The notes beneath the pieces were generated by a model that was given only the letters and a program-made list of their open reading frames with translations, was not told the origin of the DNA and ran no database searches. DNA of 55,368 nucleotides from a virus (lineage: Duplodnaviria; Caudoviricetes): positions 1 to 55,368 of the IMG/VR virus record IMGVR_UViG_3300049489_000171; one strand, written 5' to 3'. The position numbers and the translations under genes were made by a program. Positions 1 through 7,735 of this stretch are shown here, in pieces (position 1 is the stretch's first letter; every line of letters starts with the position of its first letter).

Positions 1-186
1 GTACAAGCCTTGGCCGCCAGCGCGCTTGACGCCAAGGCGCAGCTTGGCGCACTTGACGAATTGGTCGACACGCTGACCCGCTTGACGCGTCTGCTTGACA
101 CTGACCAGCCGCTGACACCTGGCGGGCACGTTGACGCGCTTAAGCTGGCCGACGACGCCCTGCGCATCGCGGAGGGGTTGGCATGA
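1..186 (+). CDS. 3' part of a hypothetical protein that begins at 55333 and crosses the window junction
   Basis: Frame 1 is open from position 1 (VQALAASALDAKAQLG...) to TGA 184-186 and continues the ORF starting at ATG 55333. Confidence 0.75.
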   Translation, partial: VQALAASALDAKAQLGALDELVDTLTRLTRLLDTDQPLTPGGHVDALKLADDALRIAEGLA

Positions 187-347
187 CCGACGCGAACCGG
201 CTTGACGAATTAGAGACCCGACTGAATGCGGCCGAAGCTGCCTTGACCGACGTGGTGAAAATCTTCCGCACGCACAAGATGCGCGTGCCGCCGGCGCTGC
301 TCGCTTGGTACAGTCAGCATCTGCCGCCCGAGGCGCCGCAGCCGTGA
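183..347 (+). CDS. hypothetical protein (54 aa)
   Basis: Manual translation MTDANRLDELETRLNAAEAALTDVVKIF...; ATGA overlap with the upstream stop and GTGA overlap with the next gene. Confidence 0.65.
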   Translation: MTDANRLDELETRLNAAEAALTDVVKIFRTHKMRVPPALLAWYSQHLPPEAPQP

Positions 348-994
348 CTGACCCCCGCTGGCTGGAGCACTTGCCCCTTGTACGCTTCACGCTCAACCGC
401 ATGAGGGCGTCAGGCGAGCTACAGCAGCCGCCTGATGATGACCTGCTGCAAGAGGGCCGACTGGCAGTCGGGGAGGCGGTGCGCACCTGGGACGCAGGCA
501 AGGGCGCACTCAGCACCTGGGTCTGCGCACGGGTACGCTACGCCGTGCTGAACTACCTGAACAAGCAGCACAGCGGCGGGATCAATAGTCGGGCGTACAA
601 GGTGCGCATGACCGAGTTGCCGCCGGACGAGGTCGAGAGCGACGGCCTCGAAGACGATGACGCGAGCCGGCGTGCGCACGGGCGGGAGAGCCCGCAGGAG
701 ATGACCTACGCCGATCCGCCGGAAGGCTACGCCAACCCCAGCGAGGAGGCCGCCGGAGCGGTGCTTGTGGACCAGCTGCGCTTCGCCCTTGGACTGTTGA
801 AGGGCCGGGACTACGCCGTGATTGACGCGCTTTACGGTCTGGAGTCTGAGCCGTTGACCGCGACGCGGTTCGCCCAGGACACAGGGCTGTCGCGCGCCGG
901 GGTGTACGTGCGGCTCAACGCGGCCTTGGCGCGCTTGACGACGTTGATGGGGGAAGCGGCGGCAGTTTCGGGGCTTTCAGGGCGCCGTCTGTGA
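344..994 (+). CDS. phage-encoded sigma-70 family RNA polymerase sigma factor (regions 2 and 4)
   Basis: Region 2-like DDLLQEGRLAVGEAVRTWDAGKGALSTWVCARVRYAVLNYL; region 4 HTH-like RDYAVIDALYGLESEPLTATRFAQDTGLSRAGVYVRLNAALARL; GTG start coupled to the upstream stop. Confidence 0.85.
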   Translation: MTDPRWLEHLPLVRFTLNRMRASGELQQPPDDDLLQEGRLAVGEAVRTWDAGKGALSTWVCARVRYAVLNYLNKQHSGGINSRAYKVRMTELPPDEVESDGLEDDDASRRAHGRESPQEMTYADPPEGYANPSEEAAGAVLVDQLRFALGLLKGRDYAVIDALYGLESEPLTATRFAQDTGLSRAGVYVRLNAALARLTTLMGEAAAVSGLSGRRL

Positions 995-1127
995 GCTTCT
1001 CCAGCTCATAGGCACGGCGGGGCGGTACTTCCGGCCCCCATTGGTACACGGCTTCCCTGCGGATGCGCAGGGCGCGGCTAAGGGCGGAGGCCCCGCCGAA
1101 GTGCCTGAGCGCGTCTCTGGTTTTCAT
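915..1127 (-). CDS. cro: Cro-like HTH transcriptional regulator
   Basis: MKTRDALRHFGGASALSRALRIRREAVYQWGPEVPPRRAYELEKLTDGALKA matches the Cro/YdaS-type pattern. Confidence 0.85.
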   Translation of the reverse strand: MKTRDALRHFGGASALSRALRIRREAVYQWGPEVPPRRAYELEKLTDGALKAPKLPPLPPSTSSSAPRPR

Positions 1128-1135
1128 GGCTCGGA

Positions 1136-1227
1136 ACCGTATAGCAGCCCGTAGCGGGCCGTCAAGGTTTTTATTTTCGCCAAGGATGTGTAGCTGGCTT
1201 GACAGGGTGATATGTCGCATATACGGT
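1136..1227. promoter_or_regulatory. back-to-back sigma70-like promoters
   Basis: Rightward TTGACA (1199-1204)-17 nt-TACGGT; leftward TTGACG (1165-1160)-18 nt-TACGGT; both contain TATACGGT. Confidence 0.55.
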
Positions 1228-1256
1228 ACGGACAGGACCGAGAAGGGAGAATTGCG

Positions 1257-1508
1257 GTGCTCAAAGACAACCCCTACCGCACCGCTGCCCCTGGCGATCT
1301 GCCGGGCGACTTCGAGAGCGACGGCGACCTGCTCGCCCGCCTGCACCAGCTGGAGGACGAGAACGAACGGCTCACGGCTGAGCTTGAGCAGGCCAAAGGC
1401 GAGAAGGCCGACCTGCTGTTCACCCTGCGCCGGATGCGGCAGATCGGCAAGGCGATGGAAGCAGAGTGCAGCGATGTGCTGCGGGAGTGTGGGGAGAGCG
1501 AGGAATGA
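1257..1508 (+). CDS. hypothetical coiled-coil protein
   Basis: GGAGA RBS then GTG; heptad-like LHQLEDENERLTAELEQAK. Confidence 0.7.
   Translation: MLKDNPYRTAAPGDLPGDFESDGDLLARLHQLEDENERLTAELEQAKGEKADLLFTLRRMRQIGKAMEAECSDVLRECGESEE
1451..1495 (+). repeat. 45-bp direct repeat, copy 1
   Basis: GGCGATGGAAGCAGAGTGCAGCGATGTGCTGCGGGAGTGTGGGGA; second copy at 2543-2587 with 2 mismatches. Confidence 0.9.
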
Positions 1509-2269
1509 GCAAATACGAGTTTACCGGCGAGACGATGATTGCTATTGGTGGTCGCGTCCTGAAGCGCATCCGGGCAACAGCATCTTTCGGTTTTGTCGTC
1601 GCCGGCGAGGTCGGCGGATGGATCGAGAGCGAGGCCAATTTGCAGGTTTACGGCGATGCGCAGGTCTACGGCGATGCGTGGGTCTCCGGCAATGCGCAGG
1701 TCTACGGCAATGCGCAGGTCTCCGGCGATGCGCGGGTCTACGGCAACGCGCGAGTCTCCGGCAATGCGTGGGTCTACGGCAACGCGCGAGTCTCCGGCAA
1801 TGCGCAGGTCTACGGCGATGCGCAGGTCTACGACGACGTGCAGGTCTACGGCGATGCGCAGATCTCCGGCGATGCGCAGGTCTCCGGCGATGCGCGGGTC
1901 TACGGCAACGCGCGAGTCTCCGGCGATGCGCAGGTCTACGGCGATGCGTGGGTCTCCGGCAATGCGCAGGTCTACGGCAATGCGCAGGTCTCCGGCGATG
2001 CGCGGGTCTACGGCAACGCGCGAGTCTCCGGCAATGCGTGGGTCTACGGCAATGCGTGGATGCAGATCGGGCCTATCGGGTCACGCTCTGCGACACTGAC
2101 GGCTACGCTGGATGGGGTGATCGGCGTCCGCATCACGACCGGATGCTTCTCCGGCTCGCTTGATGATTTTGAGCGGGCCGTCAACGCCACGCACGGTGAC
2201 AACCAGCACGCACAAGACTACACGCTGGCAATCGCGTTGATACGGTCGCGCTTGGAGGTGCAATCGTGA
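1505..2269 (+). CDS. hexapeptide-repeat (left-handed beta-helix-like) phage protein
   Basis: More than 20 repeats of V(Y/S)G(D/N)A(Q/R/W); conserved flanks GEVGGWIESEANL and TGCFSGSLDDF. Confidence 0.85.
   Translation: MSKYEFTGETMIAIGGRVLKRIRATASFGFVVAGEVGGWIESEANLQVYGDAQVYGDAWVSGNAQVYGNAQVSGDARVYGNARVSGNAWVYGNARVSGNAQVYGDAQVYDDVQVYGDAQISGDAQVSGDARVYGNARVSGDAQVYGDAWVSGNAQVYGNAQVSGDARVYGNARVSGNAWVYGNAWMQIGPIGSRSATLTATLDGVIGVRITTGCFSGSLDDFERAVNATHGDNQHAQDYTLAIALIRSRLEVQS
1640..2060 (+). repeat. 18-bp tandem repeat array encoding the hexapeptide repeats
   Basis: Units such as GTCTACGGCGATGCGCAG; a block of about 128 bp at 1655-1782 is duplicated at 1925-2052. Confidence 0.9.
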
Positions 2270-2472
2270 ATGCCATCGAACTGAAGCGGCTGCCGGGGCA
2301 TGAAGGCGAGCCTGAGATGAATTCTGGATTTGATGAAGTTTACTGGGTATCGCAAGGTGCAAACGAATTCAACACCCGCCGGGTGCTGAGTAAATCTTGC
2401 CCCACCGAAGCAGAAGCCGCCGCCGACTGGAACGCCATGATTGACCGGATAATTGAGGAGTGCAGGAAATGA
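2266..2472 (+). CDS. hypothetical protein with Lar-like C-terminal motif
   Basis: TEAEAAADWN motif; similar to 3615-3812. Confidence 0.6.
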   Translation: MNAIELKRLPGHEGEPEMNSGFDEVYWVSQGANEFNTRRVLSKSCPTEAEAAADWNAMIDRIIEECRK

Positions 2473-2612
2473 AAACTGAAGCTGAGGCGCGGGAGTCAAT
2501 TTGCCCGATTACTATGCATCCCTGCATGGGCAGGGTCTGCATGGCGATGGAGGCAGAGTGCAGCGATGTGCTGCGGGAGTGCGGGGAGGGAGGTGACAAT
2601 GAACAGGTTTAG
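2469..2612 (+). CDS. small, probably chimeric Cys-rich ORF (47 aa)
   Basis: MKTEAEARESICP...CMGRVCM fused to AMEAECSDVLRECGE, which is shared with 1257-1508. Confidence 0.5.
   Translation: MKTEAEARESICPITMHPCMGRVCMAMEAECSDVLRECGEGGDNEQV
2543..2587 (+). repeat. 45-bp direct repeat, copy 2
   Basis: Matches 1451-1495. Confidence 0.9.
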
Positions 2613-2817
2613 CGGTTCGGCCACTGTGCCGATGGACTACGAGGTTGCGATCAGCGGCATCAACGTCGAGGATGGCGAGTGCTGCCACTGCGACTGCCGC
2701 ACGCGCCGCATGTTTGTGAACGTGATGGGCAAGCGGATCGCCTACGCCTGCTGCTTTGAGCATTTGCAGACGGTGTACCCGCAGTACACGACTGACGCAA
2801 CGGAGTGGACGGAATGA
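2599..2817 (+). CDS. hypothetical Cys-rich protein
   Basis: GGAGG RBS; CCHC and CC motifs. Confidence 0.6.
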   Translation: MNRFSGSATVPMDYEVAISGINVEDGECCHCDCRTRRMFVNVMGKRIAYACCFEHLQTVYPQYTTDATEWTE

Positions 2818-3062
2818 CCAAACTAGAACAAGCCCGCAAGCTGCTGGCGGAGGCGGCGAAGGTGACTCGCAGTGCTGATTTGTGCTATCGCGCAGCAGCG
2901 AACGCGATGGCAAGTGATGCCGTTCGCCAGTACGCCGCCCTGCTGGACGTGGTGGAGGCGGCTCAGGGCATCCACATCAAACGCGACCGCGACGGGCAGC
3001 CGGTGATTACCGGGATGCTTGCGCTGAGTAAGGCGGTGAGGAAATGGGAGGAGATGGCATGA
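2814..3062 (+). CDS. hypothetical protein
   Basis: ATGA-coupled ORF within the operon. Confidence 0.65.
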   Translation: MTKLEQARKLLAEAAKVTRSADLCYRAAANAMASDAVRQYAALLDVVEAAQGIHIKRDRDGQPVITGMLALSKAVRKWEEMA

Positions 3063-3508
3063 AATACACAACCCTGAACAAAATCCGCGAGCACAACCCA
3101 TGTAAAGCTGGTTGGCAGATGTTGCTCACCAGTCTCGGCAAAGCTTCTGCTGACGACGAGCCGCTGGCGTTCATGACTATCCTCGACAGCAACGGGCTGG
3201 ATGATGCGCTTTGGTGTTTGCGGTCTGCGCCAGAGTACAACAAAGACTGGCGACTGTTCGCCGACTGGTGCGCCCGACAGGTGCAGGACCTGATGACAGA
3301 CCAGCGCAGTCTGGATACGCTCGATGTGCCCGAGCGGTACGCGCACGGACAGGCGACCGACGCCGAACTGGCAGCAGCGAGGGCCGCAGCAATGACCGCA
3401 GCGTGGGCCGCAGCAATGACCGCAGCGTGCGCCTGCCTTGCCGGCACAGCGAGGGCCGCAGCGCGGGCCGCACAAGCCAGCGAACTGCGCCGGGTGTTTG
3501 AATCATGA
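3059..3508 (+). CDS. conserved phage hypothetical protein with Ala-rich repeats
   Basis: TTLNKIREHNPCKAGW...NGLDDALWCL...ELAAARAAA pattern common in phage proteins. Confidence 0.75.
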   Translation: MKYTTLNKIREHNPCKAGWQMLLTSLGKASADDEPLAFMTILDSNGLDDALWCLRSAPEYNKDWRLFADWCARQVQDLMTDQRSLDTLDVPERYAHGQATDAELAAARAAAMTAAWAAAMTAACACLAGTARAAARAAQASELRRVFES

Positions 3509-3555
3509 CAAAGGTAGACGCGGCTAAATTTTCACAACCAGAAGGAGACGTGACT

Positions 3556-3618
3556 ATGGATAACCAACACCAGAAGATCATCAGCATCATCCTGAAGCAC
3601 AAGGATGAACTGAAATGA
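3556..3618 (+). pseudogene. possible remnant of an Acb2-family (anti-CBASS) gene
   Basis: AAGGAGA RBS followed by MDNQHQKI, then unrelated sequence and a stop after 20 codons. Confidence 0.3.
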
Positions 3619-3812
3619 AAATCGAACGCCTAGCAGGAATCCCCGGGAAGCCGGAGGTTGCCCTAACAACCGGAGCAGTCTACCGCGTACTGCAAGGCGT
3701 GGAGCGCGGGTGGATAGCAGGCCCGCGTCGGTTTAGTGAGCGCGAGGCCATCAGCGCATGGAACACGATGGTACGCAGGATCAGGAAGCTGAATGCGGGA
3801 GGTGTGAAGTGA
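3615..3812 (+). CDS. hypothetical protein with Lar-like C-terminal motif
   Basis: SEREAISAWN; similar to 2266-2472. Confidence 0.6.
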   Translation: MKIERLAGIPGKPEVALTTGAVYRVLQGVERGWIAGPRRFSEREAISAWNTMVRRIRKLNAGGVK

Positions 3813-3994
3813 CCACCCTACAATCCCTGCCAAACGACGTTGCCCGCTGCCGTGGACACAACTACGGGTATCCCTGCACCGACTGCCTGCGCCGGACAGC
3901 TCCGGTCAGCGGCGACAGGGCCGTGATGATGGAGCCACCGCCGCTTGTGCAGGATGGTAACTGTGAGGAGAGGATAGCCCCATGGCCGACCTAA
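3809..3994 (+). CDS. hypothetical Cys-rich protein
   Basis: LPNDVARC...CTDCLRR; GTGA coupling. Confidence 0.6.
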   Translation: MTTLQSLPNDVARCRGHNYGYPCTDCLRRTAPVSGDRAVMMEPPPLVQDGNCEERIAPWPT

Positions 3995-4206
3995 TCACCC
4001 GCGCCCGGGCGGTGGCGCTGAACGAGCGACTGGCCGAAGCCGTTCGCTACCTGCAAGACCAGATCGAAGCCCTGACCACACTCTGCAACGATCTGGAAGA
4101 GTTCGCGCAGCATGACGGCGGCTGTTACCTGCGGCACTCTGGCGACAAGTGCGACTGCGGCCTGCTGTCCACCATCAAGCGGCTCAACGAGAGGATGGGG
4201 TTGTGA
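3982..4206 (+). CDS. hypothetical protein
   Basis: GGAGAGG RBS; H-C-CDCGL motif. Confidence 0.6.
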   Translation: MADLITRARAVALNERLAEAVRYLQDQIEALTTLCNDLEEFAQHDGGCYLRHSGDKCDCGLLSTIKRLNERMGL

Positions 4207-4451
4207 CCCGCGCCCGTCAAGCCCAGGAGTGGCTGCGGCAGCACGGTCCTGCCACAATGGCGCAGCTGAAAGCTGCCGGGTTTTCCTGCATGGCGGGCGG
4301 TATGCGTGAAGTAATGCGCGAGGAAGGCTCGATCCGAATGTTCATGGCCCCGGTGCCGCGGCAAGGGAAAGGGTCTAGAGCGTACATGATGCACTACGCA
4401 GCGACGGACATAGACCACGTACCGAAGAAGAAGAAGGGGCGGCGGAGATGA
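4203..4451 (+). CDS. hypothetical basic protein
   Basis: GTGA-coupled ORF. Confidence 0.55.
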   Translation: MTRARQAQEWLRQHGPATMAQLKAAGFSCMAGGMREVMREEGSIRMFMAPVPRQGKGSRAYMMHYAATDIDHVPKKKKGRRR

Positions 4452-4558
4452 TCACAGGGCTGTTGATTCTCGGGGGCATAGTGCTCGGCCTCGCAGGGCT
4501 TTACCTCCTGGCTCGTTTCGCGGTGTGGCTGATAATCGACATCATGGGGTTTGAATGA
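4448..4558 (+). CDS. small membrane protein (36 aa)
   Basis: MITGLLILGGIVLGLAGLYLLARFAVWLII; ATGA overlaps at both ends. Confidence 0.55.
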   Translation: MITGLLILGGIVLGLAGLYLLARFAVWLIIDIMGFE

Positions 4559-6681
4559 GCCGCGAACTGACCGTCGCCTTCGGCGGCAAGCACATGGCAC
4601 AGATCGAGCGCACGGTCACCATCCCGTGGGACCGTTACGCTGACCTGTTCACCAAGACCCCGGACGAGGCCACAGACAAAGCCGCAGCCGGCTGGTCGAT
4701 ACCGGCGCGCTTTGAGCCCGCCTACCGGGACAGCAAGAACCTTGTCGAGCGCCACGCCCTGACGCTGGACTATGACAACATCACTCGGGCCGACGTGGCG
4801 ACCATCGAGAAAGCCTTTGCCGACATCGAGTATGTTGTTTACACCACGGCCAGCCACACCGCCGCCAAGCCCCGCCTGAGAGTCATCATCCCGACCAACC
4901 GACCCATGAGCCCGGACGAGTTCGGCGCCGTGTCGCGCAAGGTGGCAGCACGGGCAGGCATCGAACTGGCATCAAGAGAGTCACACGTCCCAGGGCAGAT
5001 GATGTTCCTTGCGACGCGCAAACCTGGCGGACCGTTCAAGGCGAGGCGGCATGTCGGTGAGTGGCTGGACGTGGACTCGGTGCTGGCGGAGTACCGCAAC
5101 TGGGAGGACCGCAACGAGTGGCCGCGGCGAGCTGATGGCGACTCGACGCACACAGCGGCGACGGCTATACCGCCAGCAGAGAAGCCGGGGATCGTCGGTG
5201 ATTTCTGCCGTGCCTTTGACATTTACGCGGCGATAGAGAAGTTCAATCTGCCGTATGAACCGACCTCGATTCGAGGTCGCATGACTTACACAGGAGGCAG
5301 CCGACCCGAAGGGGCGGTGGTTTACGACAATGGGCAAAAACTCCACTCTCACCATGATACTGACCCGGCACGAGGACAACACAATTCGTTTGACCTCGTG
5401 CGACTCCATCGCTTTAGCGGACATGATGCAGGGGTTGTACCGGGTGGACCGGTTACCGATCTCCCGAGTTTCAAGGCTATGGCATCTCTTGCTGCGGCGG
5501 AGCCCGCCGTGCGCGCAGTACAAGCTGAGCAGGATTTCGAAGTTCTCCCTGACCCCTCCCCCGCTGAAGCCGCCCAAGCCGAAGCGATAAGGGCAGCGAA
5601 CCCGAAGCCCGCCCTGCCCAAAGACCCGAACCGTTTCACCGTTATTCCGCCCACCGAGTTCGCCGCCAAGGGGGATTTGGAGTGGATCGTCAAGGGGGTG
5701 CTGCCCAAAGCCGGCTTGGCCGTGGTCTACGGCGAGTCGGGCAGCGGCAAGTCGTTCTGGATACTGGACCTCGTGGCCCGCATCCAGCAAGGAGAGCCGT
5801 GGCGCAAGCACAAGACCCGGCAAGGCCGCTCGGTCATGGTGGTGGCCGAGGGGGCTGGTGGCTTCCGTCAACGGCTCAAGGCATACGTCGCGCAGACCGG
5901 CGTGCCGATGGCCGCCATGCCCGGGGTGGTGCCTGACGCCCCCAACCTGCTGCTGCTGGATGACACCGACGCCCTGATCCGCGGGGTGCTGGCATGGGGG
6001 CAGGTCAGCCTCGTGGTGGTCGACACGCTCAGCGCCACTACGCCGGGGGCGAACGAGAACGCTGGCGAGGACATGGGTAAGGTGCTGAACCACTGCCAGC
6101 GGCTCCATAAAGCCACTGAGAAGGCATGGGGCGAGGGCAACGGCGCGATGGTGGTCCTGATCCACCACTCCGGCAAGGATGCGTCACGCGGCGCCAGAGG
6201 CTGGTCTGGCCTCAAGGCCGCCGCAGATGTCGAGATCGAAGTCACCCGCAATGGCGAGTTCCGGTCAGCCCGCCTCTCCAAGCTGAAAGACGGCGAGGAC
6301 GGCGCTACCTGGGACTTCCGACTCCTGCCCATACCGGTCGGGGTGGATGATGACGGCGACACCATAACGTCGTGCGTCGTGGAGCATGTTGAACTGCCGC
6401 CGGCTGACGCTCGGCGCAAGCCACCCACCGGTCAGAAGGCCACCGTTTACTACGCGGCCACCGAGTTGATGGCTCCGGGCGAGGTGATCACGGTGACCGA
6501 CTTGCTGGACCGAGCCATTACCCAGATGCCGCACGAGGAGGGCAAACGCGACCTGCGCCGCCAGTACGCCAACCGGTCGTTGCAACGGTTGGTGGCTGAA
6601 GGCTACCTGTACCTGCCGACCGCCGAAACGGTGTCGCTGATCAGTGCAGCGACAGTCACTGATGAGACGTTTGAGAGTTAG
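4555..6681 (+). CDS. primase-helicase (N-terminal primase-like domain + RepA/AAA_25 helicase)
   Basis: LDYD and YTTASH..KPRLRV primase-like motifs; Walker A GESGSGKS; Walker B LVVVDT; IHHSGKDASRGARGWS. Confidence 0.88.
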   Translation: MSRELTVAFGGKHMAQIERTVTIPWDRYADLFTKTPDEATDKAAAGWSIPARFEPAYRDSKNLVERHALTLDYDNITRADVATIEKAFADIEYVVYTTASHTAAKPRLRVIIPTNRPMSPDEFGAVSRKVAARAGIELASRESHVPGQMMFLATRKPGGPFKARRHVGEWLDVDSVLAEYRNWEDRNEWPRRADGDSTHTAATAIPPAEKPGIVGDFCRAFDIYAAIEKFNLPYEPTSIRGRMTYTGGSRPEGAVVYDNGQKLHSHHDTDPARGQHNSFDLVRLHRFSGHDAGVVPGGPVTDLPSFKAMASLAAAEPAVRAVQAEQDFEVLPDPSPAEAAQAEAIRAANPKPALPKDPNRFTVIPPTEFAAKGDLEWIVKGVLPKAGLAVVYGESGSGKSFWILDLVARIQQGEPWRKHKTRQGRSVMVVAEGAGGFRQRLKAYVAQTGVPMAAMPGVVPDAPNLLLLDDTDALIRGVLAWGQVSLVVVDTLSATTPGANENAGEDMGKVLNHCQRLHKATEKAWGEGNGAMVVLIHHSGKDASRGARGWSGLKAAADVEIEVTRNGEFRSARLSKLKDGEDGATWDFRLLPIPVGVDDDGDTITSCVVEHVELPPADARRKPPTGQKATVYYAATELMAPGEVITVTDLLDRAITQMPHEEGKRDLRRQYANRSLQRLVAEGYLYLPTAETVSLISAATVTDETFES

Positions 6682-6686
6682 GGCAC

Positions 6687-6851
6687 ATGAACTACGAAAA
6701 GCTGTTGGATATGGCGCGGGAACGGGCCACCCGAGAGTCGAGAGATATGTGGCCGCCGTCGGTGGCGCGTATCCAGGCTCAGCGCGAGCTAACCGTCAGG
6801 TACTACTTGGAGTACATCAGCCCGATCGTGGTGCCGGAGGCGTACCAGTGA
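6687..6851 (+). CDS. hypothetical protein (54 aa)
   Basis: Manual translation MNYEKLLDMARERATRESRDMW...; GTGA overlap with the next gene. Confidence 0.55.
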   Translation: MNYEKLLDMARERATRESRDMWPPSVARIQAQRELTVRYYLEYISPIVVPEAYQ

Positions 6852-7420
6852 GCGACGAACGCGAACTACGGCTTTTCCGCGCACTGATCAACAGCAACTT
6901 GTCGCGTATGGTGGAGCGGGCCGGAAGGGTGACGCTTGGTCGCGGCGGGGTTTACCGTGAGGCGTTGGTCCGCCAGGCGATTGCGATGGCGTGGCACCGC
7001 CGCGATACGTTTGACCCGACGATGGGCGCGTGGGTGACATGGTTTGAGGATCTGCTGATCGAGGCGCGAAAGGCGTTGTCGCCGGTCGTGGAGCCCGAGG
7101 AGTTGTTTCGCTACCTGGCCGGCGATGACAAACCGAAAGCCGTGTCGCCGCGTCGCCGTGGGCCGGAATTCGGCACGGCAGGCACGCCACTAAACCTCAA
7201 CGCCCTCCCACGGGGCAGCAAAGACTGCCCTCCGTGTTGGCGTTGCCGCTACTTCGACGGCTGGTTGCCCGCTGACGAGGACGCGGTTGATGCGTCCAGC
7301 AGTGCAGCCCTCGAGCCGGAGATCGCCGAGTCCTGCCTGCGATTGGATCGGAACAAGGTGCGCGTCGCCAAATGGGTGCGCGGAATGGGTTGGGAGAACT
7401 TGGAGGAAGATGATGAGTAG
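6848..7420 (+). CDS. hypothetical protein with a sigma region-2-like segment and C-terminal Cys cluster
   Basis: EALVRQAIAMAWHRRDTFDPTMGAWVTWF resembles ECF sigma region 2; CPPCWRC. Confidence 0.55.
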   Translation: MSDERELRLFRALINSNLSRMVERAGRVTLGRGGVYREALVRQAIAMAWHRRDTFDPTMGAWVTWFEDLLIEARKALSPVVEPEELFRYLAGDDKPKAVSPRRRGPEFGTAGTPLNLNALPRGSKDCPPCWRCRYFDGWLPADEDAVDASSSAALEPEIAESCLRLDRNKVRVAKWVRGMGWENLEEDDE

Positions 7421-7670
7421 CTGGACTATTGTTGAGAAGGAACAAACGGGCATCGAGAGCCTGCGCAAGCCGAGTGTCGTGCAGGTAGGCGGGGATCACT
7501 ACAAAAACTTTGCCATCCAACCTGCCGAGTTCATCACGCGAAATAACCTGGGCTTTCTGGAAGGCAACGTGATCAAGTATGTCTGCCGGCACGGGCACAA
7601 AGGCGGCGTGCAGGACATCGACAAGGCAATTCACTATCTACAACTGCTGAAGGAGTACAAATATCCTTGA
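7410..7670 (+). CDS. DUF3310 family protein
   Basis: QVGGDHYK...GFLEGNVIKYVCR..HKGG.QDIDKAIHYL. Confidence 0.85.
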   Translation: MMSSWTIVEKEQTGIESLRKPSVVQVGGDHYKNFAIQPAEFITRNNLGFLEGNVIKYVCRHGHKGGVQDIDKAIHYLQLLKEYKYP

Positions 7671-7696
7671 CCGCCTCTTGCGGCGTGTGATAGCGT
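7667..7696 (+). promoter_or_regulatory. putative sigma70-like promoter for the replication genes
   Basis: TTGACC-18 nt-TAGCGT in the gap before 7736. Confidence 0.35.
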
Positions 7697-7735
7697 CGCG
7701 TCGTATTACGTTTACCCACATGGAGAACTGTCGTC

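Noticed and set aside
1063-2163. Alternative-frame ORFs with CAGLRR or STAMRR repeats
   Set aside because: By-products of the stop-free 18-bp repeat; only the VYGDA frame has conserved flanks
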